64,000 nucleotides of DNA from an uncultured Acidobacteriota bacterium (lineage in GTDB: Bacteria > Acidobacteriota > UBA6911): contig CAWHCF010000007.1 in NCBI GenBank assembly GCA_963827655.1, forward strand, positions 1 to 64,000, in the 5' to 3' direction. The first letter of the stretch is position 1. Every line of letters begins with the position of its first letter. Shown here in pieces: positions 20,843 to 29,042 of this stretch. The position numbers were made by a program, and so were the translations under genes. The notes beneath the pieces were generated by a model. It was not told the origin of the DNA. It saw only the letters and a list, made by a program, of their open reading frames with translations, and did not search any database.

Positions 20843-21184
20843 CTAGCGCAAGTCGAGAGCCCTGATCGCTACGATTCGAAGAAAGAAGTATCCAGCAGCC
20901 TGGCGCCGTGAATGACCCGCAAGCACATAGACTGAATCTTCGGATATCCGAAAGATCGTGCGGTAGCTGCCGTAGAGGAGATGACGGTATTTCGTTCCTA
21001 ACAGTTCGTTTTCTGGGATCAGCGGACATCTCTCAGGAAAGTGTTCGAGCGTATCGATTTGTTTTTCTAGTTCAAGAATGAACTCGCGCGCCTCCTTGGC
21101 GCTATCTTCAGCGATAAAGCTCCAGATTTCATCAATGTCGATTTCGGCTAAGCGCGTAATCTTAACCCGATATTTTACGGGCAC
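20843..21184 (-). CDS. Type II TA toxin, RelE/ParE family
   Basis: YRVKITRLAEIDIDEIWSFIAEDS..., FPERCPLIPE, YRHLLYGSYRTIFRI; overlaps the antitoxin. Confidence 0.9.
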   Translation of the reverse strand: MPVKYRVKITRLAEIDIDEIWSFIAEDSAKEAREFILELEKQIDTLEHFPERCPLIPENELLGTKYRHLLYGSYRTIFRISEDSVYVLAGHSRRQAAGYFFLRIVAIRALDLR

Positions 21185-21446
21185 TTTTGAATTCTTTCAA
21201 AAAAGACCGAACGGGTCGTACCCTCTTCGATTTAACATCTTCTTCCGCCGCGATGAGCAATCTGGAGATGTTGCTCGCTCTCAAGTGCTTCTCGTAGGTT
21301 TTTGCATCCATCAGCACCGCATCCGCCTTGCCATTAACGGTTAGCACTACCGGACGCCCCGTGCGATGTATCTGCTGCAGGATGTCACGTGTGTTGCGTT
21401 TCAGCTCCGTTACCGAGCGGATATCCTCTGCTAGATTGATTGGCAT
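21162..21446 (-). CDS. Type II TA antitoxin, Phd/YefM family
   Basis: DIRSVTELKRN...RPVVLTVNGKADAVLMD..TYE. Confidence 0.92.
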   Translation of the reverse strand: MPINLAEDIRSVTELKRNTRDILQQIHRTGRPVVLTVNGKADAVLMDAKTYEKHLRASNISRLLIAAEEDVKSKRVRPVRSFLKEFKSARKISG

Positions 21447-21465
21447 AGAATTAATACCTCTTTTA

Positions 21466-21494
21466 AACACTTAATTCAGTGCTTAACTTAGCAC
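21466..21494. promoter_or_regulatory. Candidate TA autoregulatory operator (overlapping palindromes)
   Basis: CACT-taattc-AGTG and GTGCT-taactt-AGCAC just upstream of the antitoxin start. Confidence 0.45.
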
Positions 21495-21649
21495 CAGGAT
21501 TGATCCGAAAACAAGGATCGACTCGCGACAAAGTGTGTGCCCGGATGACACGCCGGGTAGGAAGGCCTCGCTATTCGTTCTTTTTTTCGTGGGACCCTGA
21601 CCTGCCCGGCTTCGAGCCGGCTGCCGCTGTGACAATCGAGGCACAACGT

Positions 21650-21835
21650 CGAAGGTCGTGCGACGGTGTTGGAGTCGATGACAAGTTGTGCCGGCGTTCG
21701 CGCAGAATGTCTTCCCACAACTCCGGCCCTGTATCGACGGCGCTTCCCTGAGTTGGCGTTGTAGAAGCCGTAGCAAATGATGTTTCTGGCACTCGCCAGC
21801 AGGCACGCCTTGTTTGGACACCTGAGAGTCTTCAT
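21650..21835 (-). mobile_element. Remnant of an IS1-like transposase N-terminal zinc ribbon
   Basis: MKTLRCPNKAC...YGFY...KRRRYR, then shifted frame (G)RSCGKTFCANAGT..HRL; truncated. Confidence 0.55.
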
Positions 21836-21994
21836 TACGGCTGGACCCTGTCGATGCTGGAACTGATCGTTCAATTTGAGTCTTATTTGAGTCTTAAATG
21901 ATACTTTGGACGGGAGTTACAACCGAGCTACCAACAGTCGATGGCGGGCACCGTCGACTACAGGGAAGAGTCTACGATAAAGCTAAGTACGGCC

Positions 21995-22330
21995 GTTCTC
22001 TCAGCCAAAGTGCATCGGATGATGCTCGTCACCCGCAATGACGCCAACGTGTCTGGGGTCGGAGCGATGCTTCGGAACCCGTTCAAGCCTATCCCCACTC
22101 GTCGGTCACCGCCCGATCAACGGGAAGCACGCGGTCGCCAAAGGCGTCGTCGACTTCAGTCAGCCAGGATTCCAATGCTTTCGCTTTCACCGAATCGCGT
22201 CGCCGAGCGAGCTCAATGCCTTTGCGAATTTCACCGAGCACGCTGAGATAGAGGTCGGCATCATCGATCGACGCGTACCACGATGCAACCAACTCATCGC
22301 AGCTCGAACCCTTCCGGACTTCAGAGATAA
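21995..22330. pseudogene. Rearranged VapC (PIN) toxin remnant
   Basis: Minus strand 22330-22089: ISEVRKG..WYASIDDADLYLSVLGEIRKGIE...LPVDRAVTDEWG; plus strand ~21995-22090: AKVHRMMLVTRNDANVSGVGAMLRNPF (VapC C-terminus). Confidence 0.7.
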
Positions 22331-22339
22331 AGCTTGTAA

Positions 22340-22430
22340 TTAGCGCGCCCCGTCCAGAGCGCGGCCGTCTTTGTCCTTTGCGGTCATCAGGTAGAACTGG
22401 CCGCCGCCCAGGTGCTTGACCGTGCTGTAG
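22340..22430 (-). pseudogene. Short fragment resembling DUF1254/DUF1214 proteins
   Basis: KHLGGGQFYLMTAKDKDGRALDG resembles the Y...D.DG.PLDG segment of DUF1214. Confidence 0.4.
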
Positions 22431-22499
22431 CGGTTGCGATGTTGCTTCTTGGAATACTCCCCCAGGGGAATCTTTCTTCCTGATGACTCCGCCTTACAA

Positions 22500-22790
22500 C
22501 CTCGACGCGAATGATGCTCGGATGCTTCGGTGCGTGGCGCCGACGGAATCACCAGCGGCCTCCAATGGGCCGCGGGTGCTAGAAGGCCGTGATACTGGAC
22601 CAAGTTGAACCTTGGCGGCGGCACAAGCGCCGCAAGCTTTTCCACGAGCTCAAGCGGCTCGAAGAGCACATGCGTCGTACCATCGCGCCAGCGGTGCTTG
22701 AGATGGTACAGCAACAGGCCGTCGGGCAGTCGCGACAGAGGCTGTGTGGCCACCGGTGGGCGGGCAACGTAACGACAGAGCTTTTCATAA
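22500..22790 (-). mobile_element. C-terminal remnant of an IS91-like (Y2) rolling-circle transposase
   Basis: EKLCRYVARPP...LKHRWRDGTTHVLFEPLELVEKLAALVPPPRFNLVQYHGLLAP. Confidence 0.8.
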
Positions 22791-22860
22791 GCCAATGGCG
22801 CCGTTACTCCAAACCCATTTCCTCGGTTTTTGCGCGCGTCCAGCGTATTCGCCGTGAGCG

Positions 22861-24765
22861 TCACTCCGTGCCATTGCCGAATTGGAAGTGTAAGATTGTC
22901 TCACTCGAAACACTCTGCGCGCCGCGGCGTGCAGGCGAGAATCGCCACTGGCGCGCCGCATCGACCGCGATGCTGGAAAGATATTCCGTCAGAGTGTTTC
23001 CTTTTGAAAGCGACTCGGCCCGAATCACCGTTCCGTTTGCATCAATGTAGACTTTCACGTCTATCCGGAGACCCGCGACGGGGAGATTCCTTAAGCGAGA
23101 CGGGAGGAAGGGCGCAACTCGGTGAATCGCCTGAGCTGCGATATAATCGATGATCAGTCCCGGACCCTGAACAGACGCAATGGAATGCATTGCAGAAAGG
23201 GGCGGACTCGCCTCCGGGGACGGATCCTTGATTTTTTCACTTACGCCAGCGGTAACGGGCTGGGGCGGCGACTTCGCAGATTCTTCAGGCTGCGGCACGG
23301 TTTCCACAACCTTGCGCGAAGAGTCAGAGGATGGAACCACGCCGGATTCGTTGGGCAGAGAAGGCAGCGACTTCGGCAAAGGCGGCTCGGTGACCGAAGG
23401 AGGGACGGGTTCATCTTTGACACTAGTCGGCGCGGTCTCTGATCGAACGCCCTGAGAATCTCGGACACGACTCGCCTGGCCTGCCTCGGACGGTGACTTC
23501 ACAGTAGGAGCACTGGGGGTGCGGACCGCTTCTGTCGTAGCGATGAGCGGCGGCGAACTCCCGGCTGCTGCATTCGCAGCGGGCTCCTCATTGGCCGGCG
23601 GCCGCGGCGATCCAAGTCGATTGTATCGCAGAATTCGTGCCGACTCGGTCGCCTCTCTGTGGGATGCAATTACTCTCAACCGAACCGTGACATCGCCCGA
23701 TTCGTGGGCATACACGAGGCCCCCCGCACGAAGCTGTTCCGCATTCAGCTTCAGCTCTGTAGTCGAGGTCCCGTCTACGATGGACAGAATCCCGTGGGTT
23801 GCCGTCAGGATCAAAGGAGAACGTCTGTTCCAGTTGATGCGAAGAAGCTTATCGTCGATCGCAGTAGTGAGGTCTAACTCGGTAAGAGTGTCGGCCACAG
23901 TCTGGGTCTTCGCCTGATTCATCAGGTATTTGTACCCGATGCCGCCCAGCGCGAGCACCAGAATGCCTGCTATTGCGAGCCCCGGCCAGAAAAAGATTCG
24001 TCTCGGAGGCAGGGATGCGAGTTGTTGAAAGGCGAGCGTCTGAACCGGAGCGCGATCGGGCGGCGACTCACGCACCAAGACTGGCGGCTCGGCCTGCGAC
24101 TCAGGAACCTCGGGCTGTGGATAAGGCGTGTCGGGCAGTTCCGGTTTAACTTCGACCGCTTCGGCTGGAGAGTACGGCAACGTAGTCTCGCCTCGAGCTA
24201 ACCGCGTCCGGTCGAAGGGAAACATCAGTCTTGGCTGCCGCTCGACATGCCCATGTCGACACACAAAAAGCCCCCCCATTATGAGCCGAGCATTTAACGT
24301 TTGGGCCAAGAGAAAAACGCTTTCACAATCCGAGAAGTATTCCTTCGCCAGGAGCAGATCGTGGTCATCGAGGTTAACACCCTCACGCTGATGGCTGCGG
24401 TAGTACCCGACGACGTGAAGGCTCCGGCCGGCACCTCGATTCCATCTCGTCATCTGTTCTTGGAGAAGTCGTTTATCGGCGCTCGAGAGATGATACGCAG
24501 GCCCGAAAAGGTGCTCACAAGCAACCGGTGTGAACCCTTCGATCATGATTCTCCGGCGGGTATCGACCTCGGTCCTTCCCAGCAGCAATCCACCGACCTC
24601 GATCCCTTCTTCAGGGGACGCGAGACTCCGAGTGATTTCATAATCCAACCATTCCACCGTGCTCAGATGCAGGCCAATAGAAAGCGCGCCTTCATGCACA
24701 TCCCACACGGAGAACTGGGGATTTGAAAACCGTCCGTTTTCACCTCCGTCTGTGGAATTCTTCAT
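22861..24765 (-). CDS. Membrane protein: JAB/MPN-like N-terminus, TM helix, Pro-rich linker, TonB C-terminal domain
   Basis: EVGGLLLG...VVGYYRSH...D; TM IFFWPGLAIAGILVLALGGIGY; C-terminal VKVYIDANGTV..A..AARQWRFSPA. Confidence 0.72.
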   Translation of the reverse strand: MKNSTDGGENGRFSNPQFSVWDVHEGALSIGLHLSTVEWLDYEITRSLASPEEGIEVGGLLLGRTEVDTRRRIMIEGFTPVACEHLFGPAYHLSSADKRLLQEQMTRWNRGAGRSLHVVGYYRSHQREGVNLDDHDLLLAKEYFSDCESVFLLAQTLNARLIMGGLFVCRHGHVERQPRLMFPFDRTRLARGETTLPYSPAEAVEVKPELPDTPYPQPEVPESQAEPPVLVRESPPDRAPVQTLAFQQLASLPPRRIFFWPGLAIAGILVLALGGIGYKYLMNQAKTQTVADTLTELDLTTAIDDKLLRINWNRRSPLILTATHGILSIVDGTSTTELKLNAEQLRAGGLVYAHESGDVTVRLRVIASHREATESARILRYNRLGSPRPPANEEPAANAAAGSSPPLIATTEAVRTPSAPTVKSPSEAGQASRVRDSQGVRSETAPTSVKDEPVPPSVTEPPLPKSLPSLPNESGVVPSSDSSRKVVETVPQPEESAKSPPQPVTAGVSEKIKDPSPEASPPLSAMHSIASVQGPGLIIDYIAAQAIHRVAPFLPSRLRNLPVAGLRIDVKVYIDANGTVIRAESLSKGNTLTEYLSSIAVDAARQWRFSPARRGAQSVSSETILHFQFGNGTE

Positions 24766-24989
24766 GACTTGTTTCCTTCATCGTTTCAGGTCGTCCTCAC
24801 CCAATTACTGGAGCAGAGAAACCTGGCTTTTCGGGATTATACCTATAATCTCACTCGGCAATGGAGCCTTTCATGCAGATTTCATCGATTCAAAGAGATT
24901 AGTCTAGATGGCTAATCTTTCTGGCAATTGAAATGCTACGAGTAAACGTCACATTAAAATCCTAACCCTCGTAAAATTCCAAGCTCTTA

Positions 24990-26090
24990 TTGTGCTCTCG
25001 GGGATTACAGCGCGAGAGCTTGACCAACCAGGACGGTCAGTACTGGTTCGGTTCTCTGGATCCTGGGACCTATGAAGTTACAGTTGAGGCATCGGGTTTC
25101 GCGCCTGCAACGGTGAAGGAAGTGGTGGTGAATGTGGGCGCGGCGGTACAGGTAAATCTCACAGTGGCGGTCCAAGCCTTCACCAACCACGTGGATCTTT
25201 CGACTCCTTCGACCTCGGTGGTCGAATCCTACCCCAGCCAGGTGCTCACCCAGGTTGCCATTCGAGACCTTCCTATTTAACGGGCGTCGCTTTCAGAATT
25301 TCGCGGAGTTGACCCCGGTACAGGCCTCCAGCGAGACGCGCGGCCAGTTGAGCTTCGTCGGCCAGCACCGAATCAACTCTAACGTCATGATCGACGGCGC
25401 CGACTATAATGAGCCGTTTGTGGGCGGAATTCGCGGCGGCGAGCGCTTCAGCGGCGCGCCGCAAAGCGCGATTCAGGAGTTTCAAGTGGTAACGGCCGGC
25501 TACTCCGCCGAGTATGGCCGTTCCACCGGGGGTATTCTCAACGCGGTCACCCGCTCAGGAAGCAACGCCTTCCATGGCGAGACCTTCTACCAGATTCGCC
25601 ACAAAGAGCTCGCGGCAAGCAATCCGCTGAAACAGCAATCACTCGAAACGCAGCACCAGTTCGGAGCAGCCATCGGTGGCCCTCTGCGCAGAGACAGGCT
25701 GTTCTTCTTCGCGGCTGCGGAACAGCAGTTTGCGACCTTTCCCCGTTTTGTGCGTTTCTCGCCGCTAGACAGCGTCGCCGGCAGCGTCACACCCGACATA
25801 GCTCCGGCTTATAACTATTTCCGCTCGCTCGAGACTCCCTTCGAGCAGGACCAATGATGTGACTGCCGTGCTGGGCCACCTGGATTATCAGTTTTCCGTG
25901 GGGAGCCGCCTGACCGGCCGGTACAATTACAGCTACAACCATGCGAAAAACGCCGTTTCCCTTGGCACGAAACTGAACCCGCAGACCAACAGCGCGCTTT
26001 CGAATAATGGGAACGAGAAGGATAAGACCCACACCGCGGTCGGTCAATGGACGAGCGTGATCGGTCCCCTGATCTTGAATGTGCTGCGTA
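24990..26090 (+). pseudogene. Truncated, frameshifted TonB-dependent receptor (paralog of 29043-32054)
   Basis: LDPGTYEVTVEASGF, NGRRFQ, IDGADYNEPF.GG.RGGER, QEFQV..YSAEYGRS; several frameshifts, no signal peptide, lacks most of the barrel. Confidence 0.8.
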
Positions 26091-26149
26091 GGAACATTGC
26101 TCTGGACAGCCAAAGCGCCGTTCAAGCGGCTGGCCGCATGTATCGGGAG

Positions 26150-26450
26150 TTCGCAGCCCTTCCTTCTCGCCTATCAAGGGGAGAACGATCTCGAACTACA
26201 AGCCTATATGGGAATCTGGTGACCCGCATCCAGATGGCCCGCTATCCCCAGTGGGCACAGGTCCCTCCTATGCCACCTCGTAAAAACGGGACGAACCGAT
26301 TCGCGTAAGCATCGTTTCCGGGTTCTTTCGCTATCACTCGAACTGGAAGATCCCGATCAAAGGGTGGATCGAGCACCTCGACCGGCGGCACTTTTCCCTT
26401 TACGGCTATTACACAGGCAAGAAGAGAGGATGCTGAGACCGACGTGGCGC
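26150..26450 (+). pseudogene. Internal fragment of a GT41 (O-GlcNAc transferase/HMW1C-like) glycosyltransferase
   Basis: LAYQGEND.ELQ / LYGNLV.RI...YPQW / EPIRVSIVSGFFRYHSNWKIPIKGWIEHLDRRHFSLYGYYTG across broken frames. Confidence 0.6.
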
Positions 26451-26653
26451 GGCACGCGAAGACGCGAAGAAACACAAATCCGTTCCCATGCTTTGCTCCT
26501 CCCAGCCTCTCAGCGTTCGGGCTTGAACACCGTCGATATCCATGATAATGTGCCCGCAACAAAACACTCACAGTATCGCTTCTTCTTACTGCGGTCCTAA
26601 CCAAGGCTAAGACTGGCGATATCCATAGATGAAGGGTGAGGCCACGGACGGCT

Positions 26654-28090
26654 ATGGAGGCCGAAGATAACACTCTCGCGAAGACCGGCGACGAATTAGA
26701 GCGCTTTCTAGAGGTTCTCGAGAAGGAAATAGAGCGCGCGGCACAGGGGAAAGCTCAAAGCGATACGGTCCCTGACGCAGTCGATACCGCAGTCTCGCAC
26801 TTCCTCCAACACGTCAGTACTCTTTCGATTGAACAGCCCGTTTCCCTGGTGGAAGCTTCGACGGAGGAGCGTCATAGTTCGTCACAAGCCAAGCTGCCAG
26901 AGGTCCCCGCCGAATCCGAAAATGTGGCGCCAGGATTCGAGCCGCAAATTGCAAGGCTCGAGGAGCTTGAACGACTGGATGGAGCCCGGTCCGCCGCTTG
27001 CGCCCCTGCACACACTACCGATGGCGCTGACGCGGACTCGTTGCAACCACCGATCAGGCAGGAATCGGACCTGTCAGTCGCGGGGGGAAGTTCCACCCAA
27101 GACCCTCCAGCCGCTGAAACCGTCGCGGTAGCGCCTGATCATCCCGGTCCACGCACTCACATGCGGCCGGTGAGAACCGCAGAACCATTTCCCTCGAACG
27201 CCAGACTACGCAGCATTCGGACGGGCAGGCAGAGATGGTTCTGGATCTTTACAGTCTTGGCCGTGGCGGCAGTCATCGCGAGCGCCTTATACGTAAGTTT
27301 CAGGCGGAGGAGTGTAGCCCGCTTGACGGAGACGTCAGCGGTAGCAAGCGAAGCTTCCCGGCCGACTAAAGGGACTGTGGCGATCACCCCGCAGGCAGTC
27401 CAGGACAAGGCAAGCTCTTCCTCCTCGGGTCTCGCGGCGAGGACAGACAGCGGTACCAGCGCGCCGAAGGCTGCGCAGCCTCGGCGGCTCGTCCTGGAGA
27501 GAACGGCATCGAATCCTGCCTCCCATCAGACCGACACCGCGCTCTCTTTGCCTGTCCCGAATTCATCCACAGTAGCGGAGGTCCCTACTGTAGAGGATGC
27601 GTCGAGAATTGGGGATGCCAAGACTCAACCGGCGCCGGAAAATCGAGTCGTAACCGAGTCTGAGAAGCTGGCGCCACGCCAGCCAGCGCAGACGACTGCT
27701 CGTGAAATCGACGTGTCGCCACCTCCGGATCAATCTTCAGTCGCTATTCTGCCGTCCGAGGGCGCTGAGAATCTGGGTCCGGCCGGAAGCAAGAACATCC
27801 CAGCCGCGCCCGTCGTCACAACCGTTAGTCCGCCGGTTCCCATCGCGAAAGTTCCCCCTGTATATCCGGAAGTAGCCAAGAGAATGAACATAAGTGGGAA
27901 GGTGGAGCTACGCGTCCGAGTCGACGAGCGCGGCCGTGTCATTCAGGTTACGCCCCTGAGTGGGCCTGCAGTGCTCTATTCTGCTTCTATTGAGGCCGTC
28001 CTGAAATGGCGGTTCAAACCGGCGCTCCTAGACGGAGTGGCAGTTCCCGGAGAGGGAAAGATTGCGGTCGTGTTCAACGAGAAAAAGTAA
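26654..28090 (+). CDS. TonB family energy-transducer-like protein with long N-terminal extension
   Basis: Single TM (WFWIFTVLAVAAVIASALYV); C-terminal PPVYPEVAKRMNISGKVELRVRVDERGRV...AVLKWRFKPA. Confidence 0.82.
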   Translation: MEAEDNTLAKTGDELERFLEVLEKEIERAAQGKAQSDTVPDAVDTAVSHFLQHVSTLSIEQPVSLVEASTEERHSSSQAKLPEVPAESENVAPGFEPQIARLEELERLDGARSAACAPAHTTDGADADSLQPPIRQESDLSVAGGSSTQDPPAAETVAVAPDHPGPRTHMRPVRTAEPFPSNARLRSIRTGRQRWFWIFTVLAVAAVIASALYVSFRRRSVARLTETSAVASEASRPTKGTVAITPQAVQDKASSSSSGLAARTDSGTSAPKAAQPRRLVLERTASNPASHQTDTALSLPVPNSSTVAEVPTVEDASRIGDAKTQPAPENRVVTESEKLAPRQPAQTTAREIDVSPPPDQSSVAILPSEGAENLGPAGSKNIPAAPVVTTVSPPVPIAKVPPVYPEVAKRMNISGKVELRVRVDERGRVIQVTPLSGPAVLYSASIEAVLKWRFKPALLDGVAVPGEGKIAVVFNEKK

Positions 28091-28270
28091 GTGTTCTTCG
28101 TATAACAAACACGTAAGACTTTGCTTTTTTAGCGCGAATTCTCAGGCTGCTAACAAAGCAATATCACTGTCTCGGAAGTTGAGCGCGGTTGTCATGACCA
28201 CATGTCCTTTTGGGGAGATGCGAGAGTAGCGAGCCTTGGGAACCTTGCGGACCAATCCGTATGCCCGGAG

Positions 28271-28350
28271 GAGCCGGTTACGGAAATCAAGAAGATGCTG
28301 TCGTCGCTGGTCCAGAAGCTGACAGCCGACAACTGACGGCTGATAGCTCC
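28271..28350 (+). pseudogene. C-terminal remnant of a four-helix-bundle (23S rRNA IVP-like) protein plus CTGAYAG-type heptamer repeats
   Basis: EPVTEIKKMLSSLVQKLTADN* followed by ctgacggctgatagct. Confidence 0.45.
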
Positions 28351-28395
28351 GCGGCCGGATGGCCGCGTTTGGTTGCGGCCATCGGCCGCGGTGTG

Positions 28396-28487
28396 TTCTT
28401 AGCGTCTTCGTGTCTTAGTGGCTAGCGCAGCGAAACAAATACCAATAAGACGAAAAGACGGGAAGAAACACCAAGAATCCTGCCAAA
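28396..28487. repeat. Back-to-back pair of the dispersed octamer-periodic repeat
   Basis: ttcttagcgtcttcgtgtcttagtgg then gcgaaacaaataccaataagacgaaaagacgggaagaaacaccaagaa. Confidence 0.75.
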
Positions 28488-28527
28488 AAGGTGACACAAA
28501 TGAGTATCGAAGAGATGGAGTAATTCT

Positions 28528-28788
28528 ATGCTGACGGACGGGCAGAGACAAAAATACGAATCGATCCGCCAGACGGCGAAGGAGGAGCTGGAGCAGCTTG
28601 ACCGAGAGATCATGGCAGAACTGACCGAGGTTAAGGAAAAGCTTCAGGAGCTTCAGCAGGCAAGGAGAGCGGTCAAACAGATTTACGATGGCGCCTGCGC
28701 TCGATTGGGAATCAAGAGCGTCATCGAGATCAAGGACTTCAGCCTCGCGGATTTGGACCAAGAAGTCAAGCAAAGCAAAGAGGCCTGA
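28528..28788 (+). CDS. Small coiled-coil hypothetical protein
   Basis: 86 aa with GGAG RBS; heptad pattern AKEELEQLDREIMAELTEVKEKLQELQQ. Confidence 0.72.
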   Translation: MLTDGQRQKYESIRQTAKEELEQLDREIMAELTEVKEKLQELQQARRAVKQIYDGACARLGIKSVIEIKDFSLADLDQEVKQSKEA

Positions 28789-28883
28789 GCCTACCTCCGC
28801 GAGGCGGAATCACGCACTCTACTCGGGAGCTTTTGCGCAAATACTGTCGGGAAGTTCCCGGGAGAGCAAGGGCCTCGCCTAGT

Positions 28884-29016
28884 TAGTTTCTGTCGCGAAA
28901 CTCTTGAAATTGCCGGCATCAATGATTCTTTGTCCCGTAAGTTGTTGCTTTGCAACGACGGAAAATCGGTCGCTGTCGTGGCCGCCAAAAAAACAGCAGT
29001 TTCGCGACAGAAACTA
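28884..29016. mobile_element. MITE-like element with perfect 19-bp terminal inverted repeats
   Basis: tagtttctgtcgcgaaact (28884-28902) / agtttcgcgacagaaacta (28998-29016); non-coding interior; CTAGTTA copies at both flanks. Confidence 0.65.
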
Positions 29017-29042
29017 GTTAGAAACTAGTTAATGGAGTGAGC

